Origin: a bacterium | GTDB lineage: Bacteria; Patescibacteriota; Minisyncoccia; UBA6257; GWB1-50-10 | Reading direction: 5' to 3' | NCBI GenBank assembly: GCA_021814165.1 | Contig: JAKAIX010000002.1 | Span: 69,371-133,370, forward strand | Length of the DNA: 64,000 nt | Shown: positions 37,310-46,945 of the stretch, one piece after another | Layout: the number at the start of each line of letters is the position of its first letter | Position numbering within the stretch: position 1 is the first letter of the stretch | Notes under the pieces: generated by a model | The model's input: only the letters and a program-made list of their open reading frames with translations | Database searches by the model: none | Told to the model about the DNA's origin: nothing | Position numbers and translations under genes: made by a program

Positions 37310-37954
37310 TCAAATAATACGCCCGTTCACGCCGTTCTTGCGCTCTTCTTCGTGAATAACATCGAGTACCAGATCAATGAGTGTTGAGGGGTCTTTTGAA
37401 AACACCACTTTCCCTAGGCCGCGATGCGCTCCTTCGAGTATCCCCTTTATCATGTCCGCGGTGCCTCCCGTACCTTCAAGCACGCCCTGGGGCTTTTGAT
37501 CTTCGAATGCAACCGTAAATTCGTTCAGGGTTCCGGTGCGACCGCACACCGTGATAACCGCGTCCGCCGATCGGGTAAGAAGAAGGTTTCTGCCCGCGTA
37601 ATCGAAGCCGGTATAAATGATAATATCGTGATAATCAAGCGGTAAGTGGTAGGTTTTTACGTGCGCGAGCTTTGAGGCGGCCGGCGAAAGTCCCACCACA
37701 AAACCCCCTTCCTCTTTCGCGCCTTTCGCGGCCCAGTACGGCAGCCCAATAGTGGCGCCCGTCACGAGAATGAGCCCGCGTCGCGCGATCTCTCTTCCTA
37801 AGGCCTCCGCTTTTTCCGCGGCATCCTTCGCACAATGCCCCGTCTCTGCGGCGCCCGACACGCAAATTTTATACTTCAGGTGATACCCAAAATGGTGAGC
37901 GTGAGACTTTGCTTCGGGTTGCTTCTTCGCCGCGATATTCTTTTTCTTCTGCAT
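37310..37954 (-). CDS. LOG/SLOG-family nucleotide-binding protein
   Basis: LGREIA..LVTGA..G, GRNLLLTRSADA and GTLNEF. Confidence 0.8.
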   Translation of the reverse strand: MQKKKNIAAKKQPEAKSHAHHFGYHLKYKICVSGAAETGHCAKDAAEKAEALGREIARRGLILVTGATIGLPYWAAKGAKEEGGFVVGLSPAASKLAHVKTYHLPLDYHDIIIYTGFDYAGRNLLLTRSADAVITVCGRTGTLNEFTVAFEDQKPQGVLEGTGGTADMIKGILEGAHRGLGKVVFSKDPSTLIDLVLDVIHEEERKNGVNGRII

Positions 37955-37972
37955 ATATTTATTGTGCGTTTA

Positions 37973-39328
37973 TTATAACACCACCGATTCTCCGAACAAA
38001 GGGACTTCCGCCGCAATCACGAGTTCATCTTTTATCTTTTGTGCGAGCGCTTCAGATTCTTCCTTGTCTCCTTGCACCACAAAGATTTTTTTTACGTGCG
38101 GACGCATCGCTTCCGCCCATTTCATAAGTTGCAGCTGATCGGCGTGCGCCGAATACCCGGAGATGGTTTTAATATGGCACCGCACCGGCACCGTTTTCTT
38201 CTCTATTACGACAGACGACGCCCCGTCCTGAAGCGCGCGCCCGAGCGACCCCGTCGCCTGATATCCGACAATAAGAAGGGTGCTCCTCGGGTCGGGAAGA
38301 TAACGCACTTCATGATGGAGGATCCGCCCGCCGTTCGACATTCCCGCCCCCGCGATTATGATCTTGGGCGGCGGTACGTCGTTAATCTTCTTCGACTCCT
38401 CCTTGGTTGCCGTTTGAATGAGGCCGGGGAAATCAAAAATGCCGTCTCCCTTCCCCGCAAGACGGATCGTTTCTTCGTTGAAGTAGTCGGGATCGTTCAT
38501 GTATTTCTTATACACTTCGGTGAGCCTGATCGCGAGCGGGCTGTCGACATACACGGGTGTCTTTGGAATGCGTTTTCCCTCCACGAGTTCGTTCAGTTCA
38601 AATATCATTTCCTGCGTGCGCTCCATCGCGAACGCGGGGATCATAAGAACTCCGCCGTCACGCACGGTATCTTCTATCACGTCTTCCATCATGTTCTTCC
38701 GTTCTTCCGGGTGTTCATGAATGCGGTTCCCGTACGCGGATTCGATGAGCGCGTAATCGACGTCGCCAAAATACTCAATCGGCTTGATAAGAGGCGCGGG
38801 AGTATTTCCGAGATCTCCCGAGAACACGATTTTCTTTCCTTCGGCGGTAATGAGAATCGAACTCGATCCCAAAACATGTCCCGCATCATAAAACTCAACC
38901 GCCACGTCGCCTAAGGAGAGTGGCGCGTGGTATCTTGCGGTCTGCCAGTACATCATCGCCTCCTTCACGTCGTCTTCGGTATAGAGATGTGGAATTCCTT
39001 TAAGGTCCGCTTCCTTGCCGAGTACGTGTTCCGAGTCGAGAAGAAGGAGTTCCGCGATTTCTTTCGTGGGTGGCGTTGAAACAATCATACCGCGGAAACC
39101 CGCCTTCACGAGCTGCGGAATTCGTCCTACATGATCGATGTGCGCGTGCGTTACGAAAACCGCGTCAATCTCCGCGGGATCATAAGAGAACGGCCTGAGA
39201 TTTGTTTCGGAGGCGAACTCCTCCCCTTGCTCAAGGCCACAATCGACGAGTATCTTCTTTCCGCCTGTTTCGAGGAGATAATTCGCCCCTGTCACGGTTC
39301 CCGCCCCTCCGTAAAATGTGAGTTTCAT
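37973..39328 (-). CDS. MBL-fold beta-CASP RNA-processing nuclease
   Basis: GGAGTVTG, THAHIDHVG, AGHVLGS, SGDLG, IPAFAMERTQE and YSAHAD. Confidence 0.9.
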   Translation of the reverse strand: MKLTFYGGAGTVTGANYLLETGGKKILVDCGLEQGEEFASETNLRPFSYDPAEIDAVFVTHAHIDHVGRIPQLVKAGFRGMIVSTPPTKEIAELLLLDSEHVLGKEADLKGIPHLYTEDDVKEAMMYWQTARYHAPLSLGDVAVEFYDAGHVLGSSSILITAEGKKIVFSGDLGNTPAPLIKPIEYFGDVDYALIESAYGNRIHEHPEERKNMMEDVIEDTVRDGGVLMIPAFAMERTQEMIFELNELVEGKRIPKTPVYVDSPLAIRLTEVYKKYMNDPDYFNEETIRLAGKGDGIFDFPGLIQTATKEESKKINDVPPPKIIIAGAGMSNGGRILHHEVRYLPDPRSTLLIVGYQATGSLGRALQDGASSVVIEKKTVPVRCHIKTISGYSAHADQLQLMKWAEAMRPHVKKIFVVQGDKEESEALAQKIKDELVIAAEVPLFGESVVL

Positions 39329-40605
39329 TTGGTGTGTAATAATTCTTCCGTAATCTCCCGTTCGTTCCACGGAATTTTCTTTCCGTGCGCAAGACGTATC
39401 GAGCTTTCGCTCCCCTTCCCAGTCATAATAACCACATCCCCTTCTTTCGCAAGTGAGATCGCTTTTTGTATCGCTTCTCTTCTGTCCAAAATTTTCCAGT
39501 AGTTTTTCGAAATTTGAAATTTGGCACCTGGAATTCGTGAAAATCCCGCTTCAATATCGTCTATTATTGCCGCCGGGTCTTCATCAAAGGGGTCTTCGTT
39601 TGTGAGAATTAAGAGCTCGCATTTCTTTGCGGCTATTTTCCCCATCTGCGGCCTCTTCCATTTATCCCTTCCCCCGCCCGCGGAGCCGAGTACGCAAATA
39701 AGCGATCCGTGTTTCCCGAATATTTCCTCGGGCCGGACGGCACTATAGGCCTTTTCGAGCGAGTCCGGCGTATGCGCATAATCGATTACAACCGCGAAAG
39801 GTTCCCGCTGTATGAATTCAAAGCGACCGGGTACGCCGCGAAATTCCCAAAGCGCTCTCATAAACGTCTTCCAAGGAATGTTTTGCGTTTTAGCAAACAC
39901 CCACGCGGCGGCGGCATTCACCATGTTAAAATCCGGCACGAACCACTCGTTCAGTGCGCGGCGTCCTTCCGCGCTCCGAAGATCGTTTCCGCACAAAGAC
40001 GCTTCTTGTAGAAGTGATCCGAGCGAAAACGGGAACAATTTCCCGTTCTTCGTCTCTCGCGCCGCTTCCGTAAAATACCCAGCGTTATCGTCGTCTTCGT
40101 TCACAAAGAAGTATTTTGTCGGCTTTCTTGACCTTGAAAGATATTTGAAAAACGAGACCTTCGCCGCGCGGTAATTCTCGAAAGATCCGTGCCGCTCAAT
40201 ATGTTCGGGGGCGATATTCAGAAACAACGCGGCATCCCAGTCGATGAAACGATGGCGGTGTTGCAATATTCCTTCGGACGTAACCTCAATAATCGCGTAT
40301 TCCGCGCCGGCACACACCGCATCGTGGAGAAATCTCTGGATCGCAAAACGGCCGGGCATCGTGTTGCCCGTCTTTCCTTTTGTGCTCTCGTACAGGATTT
40401 TTTTTCGCACCGATCCCAAAAGCGCGGTTTTTTTCTCCGCAGTTTCCAGCACCGCATTGAGAACTTCAACCGTACTCGATTTTCCTTTCGTTCCCGTTAC
40501 TCCTATTACAAAGAGCTTCCGCGAGGGGTGCCCGTACCACACACTTCCCGCCCACGCCATTAAAAAATGGTAAACCCTCTTGAGTCGCTCGTAACAATAT
40601 CCCAT
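39325..40605 (-). CDS. murE: MurE-family Mur ligase
   Basis: GVTGTKGKSST, IEVTS, VPGRFE, DYAHTPDSL, GGRD and GKGSE. Confidence 0.9.
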   Translation of the reverse strand: MGYCYERLKRVYHFLMAWAGSVWYGHPSRKLFVIGVTGTKGKSSTVEVLNAVLETAEKKTALLGSVRKKILYESTKGKTGNTMPGRFAIQRFLHDAVCAGAEYAIIEVTSEGILQHRHRFIDWDAALFLNIAPEHIERHGSFENYRAAKVSFFKYLSRSRKPTKYFFVNEDDDNAGYFTEAARETKNGKLFPFSLGSLLQEASLCGNDLRSAEGRRALNEWFVPDFNMVNAAAAWVFAKTQNIPWKTFMRALWEFRGVPGRFEFIQREPFAVVIDYAHTPDSLEKAYSAVRPEEIFGKHGSLICVLGSAGGGRDKWKRPQMGKIAAKKCELLILTNEDPFDEDPAAIIDDIEAGFSRIPGAKFQISKNYWKILDRREAIQKAISLAKEGDVVIMTGKGSESSIRLAHGKKIPWNEREITEELLHTK

Positions 40606-40611
40606 GGACCG

Positions 40612-41190
40612 TTAACGCTTCCCTAAAATCCTCAATGCCTGCCGCAGGCGGTCCTCAAGCGTCTCCGCTTCCGGCCCAACTTCTCCCAACGCCTTCCGTA
40701 TTTCTTGCCGTCCGTAGCCGAGCCCCGAAAGCGCGTCTTCAATCTCCATATTCGCACTTACCACCCGCCCCATTGCTTCGGCCTTGGGAAGAGCAATCCT
40801 GTTATTGAGATCGAGTATTATGCGTTCCGCGGTTTTCTTCCCGATACCGGAGGCGCGTGCGAGCACTTCGGTTTGTTTGTTTATGATGGCCGCCATCACA
40901 TGTTCCACCGTGTCGACGTCCAAGACCGAGAGGGCGGTCTTGGGACCTACGCCGGAGACGGAGATGAGAAACTCAAAAAGCTTGAGCGCTTCTTCCTCTG
41001 GAAATCCGTATAAATCAAGTTGGTCTTCGCGTACATAAAGATGACAAAAAAGCGCCACGTTTTCTCCTTCGTGAGGCAGGCGGGAAAACGTTCGTTCGTT
41101 CGTAAATATCTTAAATCCTATGCCTCCCGTTTTCACAACGAGGAAGTGGTCCTCGCGGCGCAAGAGCGTCCCTTCGACGGTGTAAACCAT
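40612..41190 (-). CDS. ruvA: Holliday junction branch migration protein RuvA
   Basis: VREDQLDLYGF, VSGVGPKTAL and GIGKKTAERIILDL. Confidence 0.95.
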   Translation of the reverse strand: MVYTVEGTLLRREDHFLVVKTGGIGFKIFTNERTFSRLPHEGENVALFCHLYVREDQLDLYGFPEEEALKLFEFLISVSGVGPKTALSVLDVDTVEHVMAAIINKQTEVLARASGIGKKTAERIILDLNNRIALPKAEAMGRVVSANMEIEDALSGLGYGRQEIRKALGEVGPEAETLEDRLRQALRILGKR

Positions 41191-41372
41191 ATACGTTCAT
41201 TATAGGCCTAAATGCCAAATCAACAATAAAACCTAAAACGTTTTTCGATGCCGGTTGTCGGGTTTGGTTTGTATGAGACGTTTGAACCGTGCTATTTCAA
41301 AAACAATTCGAGCTGATACATCCGTTTCTAAAAATTGACAACGGCTCCTGGACCCCATATTATATCTCTACT

Positions 41373-41648
41373 ATGCCTATTACGAAATCGGCACAAAAGG
41401 CCCATCGACAGACCGCACGCAGACGAAAGCGGAATCTTCTGAGAAAAAAGAAGATGCTTTCTTCTATTAAGGAGTTTAAAAAACTCGCCGCAACGGGCGA
41501 TCCGAAAGCAAACGAAAAACTCCCCTCACTCTACAAAACCATCGATAAAATGAAGAAGGTGAAGCTTATTAAGCGCGGGAGAGCGAATCGGTTGAAATCG
41601 CGCCTCACGAAAAAGCTACGCGCCGGCTCCAAGGAGCACAAATCGTAA
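41373..41648 (+). CDS. rpsT: 30S ribosomal protein S20
   Basis: MPITKSAQKA.RQ..RR..RN and IDK..K...ANRLKSRL. Confidence 0.92.
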   Translation: MPITKSAQKAHRQTARRRKRNLLRKKKMLSSIKEFKKLAATGDPKANEKLPSLYKTIDKMKKVKLIKRGRANRLKSRLTKKLRAGSKEHKS

Positions 41649-42434
41649 CAGCGCCTCCTCGTACTCCATTTTCCCGCTCTTTACCGCCACGTCGTAATCG
41701 GCGAGGGCGATGAGTTCGTTCCCGCGAGCCCCGTAGGCGAGTGAATTGAAAATATAAGCCCCCGCTTCGCGCTGAAGGAACAGGCGCTCAAGGAGCGATA
41801 TCCGCTCTTTCCAGTTCCGCGTTGAGAGCATTTCCCTTGTTACGCGGAACACTTCAAATTTCAGAGAGTAGTTGATATATCTCCCAAGCTCCGCTCGCGA
41901 GAGCGGTTTTCCGTTTCCAAGAAGCGAGAGTTTATCGAGCTCCGTGACCGCAACCCAACTGCGTTCTTCCGCTGCGTCGAGAGACTCGAGAAAGAAGCGA
42001 AGCGCGTCCGGAGCGAGCTCGACTTCTCTCGCCTTCATTTCCTCGCGCACAAACACCTCAAGAAGTCGTCCTCCGAGAGTCTTGAATTCCTGGGTGCGTA
42101 CCGGCGACTCAAGAAGAAAGCGGAAATCCTTGAGCGGCCCTTTTTCTTCAGAAAGAATAAGAAAGATCTTCTTGTTTTCCAAAAAAGATTTTATGGTTTT
42201 TACCCATTCTTTTTCTTTCGTTTCGCCGGGATTTTTCACCACGGCAACCTTCGAATCCACGAACATTGAGGGCTGGTTTAGAAAATCCCTTACTTTTTCC
42301 CAATCCTTCGGTTCGTCCTCAAGGTCGACCGAATAAAGATCAAGGCTGGGGTACTTCTTTTTGTATTCGGAAAGGAGCGCTCCGAGCTTTTTCTGGCGCC
42401 TATAGGAATCAGGTCCGTAAAGGTAAATAACCAT
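41616..42434 (-). CDS. holA: DNA polymerase III delta subunit (short form)
   Basis: IYLYGPDSYR, PSMF, ELDKL and DVAVKSG. Confidence 0.8.
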   Translation of the reverse strand: MVIYLYGPDSYRRQKKLGALLSEYKKKYPSLDLYSVDLEDEPKDWEKVRDFLNQPSMFVDSKVAVVKNPGETKEKEWVKTIKSFLENKKIFLILSEEKGPLKDFRFLLESPVRTQEFKTLGGRLLEVFVREEMKAREVELAPDALRFFLESLDAAEERSWVAVTELDKLSLLGNGKPLSRAELGRYINYSLKFEVFRVTREMLSTRNWKERISLLERLFLQREAGAYIFNSLAYGARGNELIALADYDVAVKSGKMEYEEALLRFVLLGAGA

Positions 42435-42509
42435 AGAGATATTATAAAGAGGTTTGGTATAACCTCAAACAGCCGACCCGTAGTTGGTTGATTAACTACG
42501 GGCCTTAAA

Positions 42510-43256
42510 CTAATAGGTATTTCTAATAATGGAGGGGGTGAGCAATATTTGCACAGCACGGGGGGTATTGTTCGTCCAAACAGAAAAACTAGAACCTGAC
42601 CACCCTACTTCTCTTCCTCTGTCACTATACACGAATTTAACAGGAATTGTTCCATTAACTTGGAGCACGTTTTCATAGGGAAGGGTTATGTCTTCCATGC
42701 TTGAGACGTGAACGCTGTGACCAGTTCCGAGTTTTGCTTCTACAGCAAAATATGTACAGTTTATAAACTGTACATATACCGTTGTCCCCAAAGAAGTTCC
42801 TGGAAAATCAATTTCCTTATCCTTAGGGAGGTCGGGTGCCCCATATGGAGATACTCCATAATAATTATAAAGAGAGTATCTTCCGTCTGGGTAATAAACC
42901 TGCGTGACGATCCACTCTCCTAACTGGTTTTCGCGAAAGTTTGGCGCCCCGAACGCGACACCAATTCTTCTCCCGGTAGCGTCGAGCATCCACCCAACAA
43001 ATGGGTACTGCTCCCCGTCGAATTTCACAGAATGTGTTCCCCACGCAAATCCTCCTGGGGGAATAGAGCCTACCGGTTTTCCCAACGCCGAAATACTGGT
43101 GGTAAAGGGTGTCGGGTTAAAAATTGTAACCCTCTCCTTCGCTAAACCAAAAAGATTTAATATGGTTTTTGCCGGCGAAGGAATGGTAACCTGCATGGTT
43201 GTCTGCGCAAGTGAAACGACGGAAAATACAAGGGCAAGAATTATTGTTTTTTTCAA
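42510..43256 (-). CDS. Hypothetical secreted beta-rich protein
   Basis: GGAGGA Shine-Dalgarno before TTG, a signal peptide, two similar N.T.F halves; lower GC. Confidence 0.6.
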   Translation of the reverse strand: MKKTIILALVFSVVSLAQTTMQVTIPSPAKTILNLFGLAKERVTIFNPTPFTTSISALGKPVGSIPPGGFAWGTHSVKFDGEQYPFVGWMLDATGRRIGVAFGAPNFRENQLGEWIVTQVYYPDGRYSLYNYYGVSPYGAPDLPKDKEIDFPGTSLGTTVYVQFINCTYFAVEAKLGTGHSVHVSSMEDITLPYENVLQVNGTIPVKFVYSDRGREVGWSGSSFSVWTNNTPRAVQILLTPSIIRNTY

Positions 43257-43486
43257 CTTCTCATCTCCTCCAGTCAAACGACTGGCTTTTGTTTTAAAAT
43301 AAGTCGAGTTAAACTCTTATTTTCTGAGCAAATTATACATAAAATTTACATCTATGTCAAACTCACTTACGGCTCAATATTAGAAGACCCGGCCTCAGTG
43401 GGGGGGCGGGGCCTTCTTTCATCACTCGGCTTCAAGTGATGGTTTTCTTCTTGTGAGCGTCAAAAAAACGCTCTACACTTATAGAA

Positions 43487-45157
43487 ATGCTTCAATCGAA
43501 AGCGCTCGAAGAACAAGTACGGCGACAAAGGAAGGAGGCGGAAGAGAACGACGCAAAACGCCGCGCCCAAAAACTCGGGCTCCCCTACACGGATCTCATC
43601 TCAACATCGGTTCCGACCGAAATAAAAGCGCTCTCGCTCGTTTCCGAGACGGACGCGAAAAAGGCGTTCCTTGCGCCGCTCCAACTTGTAAAAAAAACGC
43701 TTATCGTCGCGGTCTTCGATTCCGAAAAGCAGGAAACAAAATCGGTGATCGACGAGTTGAAGAAGAAATTTGAGGTGAAGCTTGTAGTGTGTTCGATGAC
43801 CGGCCTCGCACACGCCTGGTCATACTATCAATATGTCGTCCACGAAAAGGAAATTAGCGGACGCGTCGAGATCAACGAGGAGCGCCTCCACTCAATCGAG
43901 GAAACCATTCACAGCCTGGGGGACCTCGAAAAAAACATCCGTGAGTTCAAGAGCCCTTACACCTCGGAAATTTTGGAAATCGTCTTAAGCGGCGCCCTGG
44001 CGCTTCACGCTTCGGACATCCATCTCGAACCCTCGAAAGAAACGGGAGCTCTTCGCCTCCGGATCGACGGGCTTTTACACCTCGCTTACGGCGAGTTCCC
44101 CATCCATACCTATGAGCTTCTCGTTACGAGAATAAAGCTCCTCTCTAATTTAAAACTCAACATTCGTGACGAACCGCAGGACGGCCGCTTCACGATCGGT
44201 CTCAAGGATCGGTCGATTGAAATGCGTACATCGATCATCCCCTCGGAATTCGGTGAGACGGCCGTGCTTCGTCTGCTTGATCCAAAGGCGCTTAAGGTAA
44301 ATCTGGAAGAGCTCGGCTGGCGCGCGGACGATCTCGAAATTGCAAAACGCGCGATTAAAGAGCCAAACGGCCTTATTCTTAATACAGGACCGACCGGATC
44401 GGGAAAAACAACGACGCTGTATGCTTTCCTTACGTACGTCCGGAAGCCCGAAATAAAAATAATTACTATTGAGGATCCGATAGAGTACCATCTGGCCGGC
44501 ATCTCGCAGACACAAGTGGATCCCGACGCGAACTATACGTTTGCGTCCGGTCTCCGATCAATCCTAAGACAGGATCCGAACATTATCCTGGTGGGAGAGA
44601 TTCGCGATAAAGAAACGGCGGAGATTGCCCTGAACGCGTCCTTGACCGGCCATCTCGTATTTTCAACGCTCCACACGAATGACGCGGTGGGTGCTATTCC
44701 GCGACTTATCGATCTCGACATCCAGGGAAACATTTTAGGGCCGTCTTTAAGTCTTATCATCGCTCAACGTCTTGTCCGCGTGCTCTGCCCCAAATGCAAG
44801 ACAAAAAAAGAGCCCGACGAAATACTCAAAAAGAAGGTGAATACCTTCCTTACAAAGCTTCCCTCCCGAGTGGACAGGGCGCCTTATCTTAATTTCACCG
44901 TTTTCGAGTCCAAGGGATGTGCCGAGTGCGGCAATCTCGGGTACCGGGGAAGAACATCGATATTCGAGCTCTTTCCCGTTGACGAGACAATCGAGGAAGC
45001 GATCTATAAAAACCCCACCGAGATAGAACTGAGGCGCTTGGCAAAAAACACCGGAATGGTTACGATGCAAGAAGACGGCGTATTGAAGGCTCTTTTAGGA
45101 ATTACTTCGTTCGATGAGATCGAACGACTTACGGGACCGATTGTGTGGGACAAATAA
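43487..45157 (+). CDS. Type IV pilus/T2SS assembly ATPase (PilB/GspE family)
   Basis: ASDIHLEP, PQDGRF, GPTGSGKTTTLY, TIEDPIEY, LRQDP, TGHLVFSTLHTN and CxxC pairs. Confidence 0.92.
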   Translation: MLQSKALEEQVRRQRKEAEENDAKRRAQKLGLPYTDLISTSVPTEIKALSLVSETDAKKAFLAPLQLVKKTLIVAVFDSEKQETKSVIDELKKKFEVKLVVCSMTGLAHAWSYYQYVVHEKEISGRVEINEERLHSIEETIHSLGDLEKNIREFKSPYTSEILEIVLSGALALHASDIHLEPSKETGALRLRIDGLLHLAYGEFPIHTYELLVTRIKLLSNLKLNIRDEPQDGRFTIGLKDRSIEMRTSIIPSEFGETAVLRLLDPKALKVNLEELGWRADDLEIAKRAIKEPNGLILNTGPTGSGKTTTLYAFLTYVRKPEIKIITIEDPIEYHLAGISQTQVDPDANYTFASGLRSILRQDPNIILVGEIRDKETAEIALNASLTGHLVFSTLHTNDAVGAIPRLIDLDIQGNILGPSLSLIIAQRLVRVLCPKCKTKKEPDEILKKKVNTFLTKLPSRVDRAPYLNFTVFESKGCAECGNLGYRGRTSIFELFPVDETIEEAIYKNPTEIELRRLAKNTGMVTMQEDGVLKALLGITSFDEIERLTGPIVWDK

Positions 45158-45159
45158 CA

Positions 45160-45329
45160 CAAAACGAACCCCGAGGGGCTCGTAACGGATCCCGACCGAA
45201 GATCTGTGGACACTTTAGCCAAAGTGAGAGAGGCGTATGTGAGATTCTTTCGAGGAATTACCCAGCCGGAGCCAAGCAACCCGAAGCTGGAAAGATTCTC
45301 CCTGTCCACAGGTCTCCAATCAGGATACG
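45160..45329 (-). ncRNA. Candidate 6S-like RNA with its own promoter and terminator
   Basis: TTGACA-17-TAGTAT promoter (45364-45336), ~25-bp closing stem, terminator ACGAGCCCCTCGGGGTTCGTTTTG. Confidence 0.55.
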
Positions 45330-45474
45330 ACTGCCATACTAGCACAAACAATTATAAATGTCAATGCCTCTCTGGCGCCTGCGGGTAAGGGGGTACAGGG
45401 AGCCAGATACGAAGGATTTTAAATAAAAACGAGCAATAATTATACTAAGTAGGGGGAGTCAATCCCCAACCGCC

Positions 45475-46479
45475 ATGGATCAGCAAATAAAAAAAACACA
45501 AAAGGAGGATGAGCGAAATCTTGAGCTTCTGCTCCGCCCCACGCGATGGGAGGATTATGTAGGCCAGGAAAAGGTGAAAACAAATCTTCGACTTATCGTC
45601 GAGGCGGCAAAAGGAAGAGGAGAAAGCACCGATCACCTTCTTTTTTACGGTCAGGCGGGGCTTGGAAAAACAACGCTCGCCTATCTTATTGGAAGGGAAA
45701 TGAACGCGAGTGTGCGATCAACATCGGGACCTGCTCTTGAGAAGGCGGGCGACATCGCCGCGCTCTTAAGCAACCTCGAGCCGCACGAGATTCTCTTTAT
45801 CGACGAGATCCACCGCATCAATAAACTTGTGGAGGAAATCCTTTATCCCGCTCTTGAATCGAGAAAACTTCATCTCATCATCGGGAAGGGGCCGACCGCA
45901 AAAACATTTACACTTGATCTTCCCCCCTTCACGGTGATCGGCGCGACAACCAGGGTGAATCTTCTTTCGGCGCCGCTCAGGTCTCGTTTCGGTGCGACGT
46001 TCCGTCTCGATTATTACAACTTCGAGGATGTGGAAAAAATCGTAAAGCGTTCGGCGGAAATCCTCGGGGTGCATATTGCTCCCGGAGCGGTACGCGAGCT
46101 CGCGAAGGCGGCGCGGTTCACGCCGAGAATAGCGAACCGGCTTCTGAAGCGCGCTCGCGATTATGCGCAGGTATACAAAAAACGGGAGATTGACGAAGAG
46201 GTGGTGCAAAAAACACTGGACATGCTCGAGATTGACGAATTGGGGCTTGAGGAGACCGACCGCGAACTCCTAAAAATTATCATCAAAAAGTTCGGTGGGG
46301 GGCCCGTAGGACTGAAAACGCTCGCAGCTTCCCTCAATGAGGAAATGGAGACTATTGAGGAGGTGTATGAGCCTTTTCTTATGAAATTGGGGCTTCTTCA
46401 TAGAACTTCCTCGGGGCGCATCGCAACGGAGCTCGCCTACCAACACCTCAAAATTCCCCGTGATAAGAAACTCCTCTAA
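45475..46479 (+). CDS. ruvB: Holliday junction helicase RuvB
   Basis: LRP..YVGQ, GLGKTTLA, FIDEIHR, GATTR, GGPVGL and YEPFL. Confidence 0.97.
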   Translation: MDQQIKKTQKEDERNLELLLRPTRWEDYVGQEKVKTNLRLIVEAAKGRGESTDHLLFYGQAGLGKTTLAYLIGREMNASVRSTSGPALEKAGDIAALLSNLEPHEILFIDEIHRINKLVEEILYPALESRKLHLIIGKGPTAKTFTLDLPPFTVIGATTRVNLLSAPLRSRFGATFRLDYYNFEDVEKIVKRSAEILGVHIAPGAVRELAKAARFTPRIANRLLKRARDYAQVYKKREIDEEVVQKTLDMLEIDELGLEETDRELLKIIIKKFGGGPVGLKTLAASLNEEMETIEEVYEPFLMKLGLLHRTSSGRIATELAYQHLKIPRDKKLL

Positions 46480-46480
46480 A

Positions 46481-46945
46481 ATGAGGCGCATAACAACGAG
46501 AAGACCAAGCTGTTCTCCCCGAGAAACGAAACAACAGGGCGCTTTTTTCGCAAAAACACTCTTGATGCGGCGCAGCACAACGCCGCTCGTAGTTGCGCTC
46601 CGCGGCGAGCTTGGCTCCGGCAAGACAACGTTTGTCCAGGGCCTTGCCCGGGAACTCGGGGTACGACGAACCATAACAAGCCCCACCTTCCTTATTGTTC
46701 GGCACTATCCCGTCCGCCGAGGAGCCGTTAAACACCTTTTTCATATTGATGCGTATCGTATGAAGAACAAGAAAGAGGTTTCCACCATCGGGTTGCGGGA
46801 GATTTTCTCGACACCAAGGAGTGTCATCGTCGTCGAGTGGCCCGAACGCCTCCACACCAAACTTCCGCGAGGTACCGTACGTGTGACGTTCCGCCACGGT
46901 TCACACGAACGCGAGCGAACATTACGCGTTCCTTCATCCTTATAA
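46481..46945 (+). CDS. tsaE: tRNA t6A biosynthesis ATPase TsaE
   Basis: GELGSGKTTF, TSPTF, HIDAYR and VEW. Confidence 0.93.
   Translation: MRRITTRRPSCSPRETKQQGAFFAKTLLMRRSTTPLVVALRGELGSGKTTFVQGLARELGVRRTITSPTFLIVRHYPVRRGAVKHLFHIDAYRMKNKKEVSTIGLREIFSTPRSVIVVEWPERLHTKLPRGTVRVTFRHGSHERERTLRVPSSL

Noticed and set aside
38039-38914. 291-aa plus-strand ORF and similar long antisense ORFs over the Clp, murA and rnj genes
   Set aside because: They are shadow frames of well-supported genes.
45145-45388. Short ORFs between pilB and ruvB
   Set aside because: They show no coding features; the region is better explained by a structured RNA.
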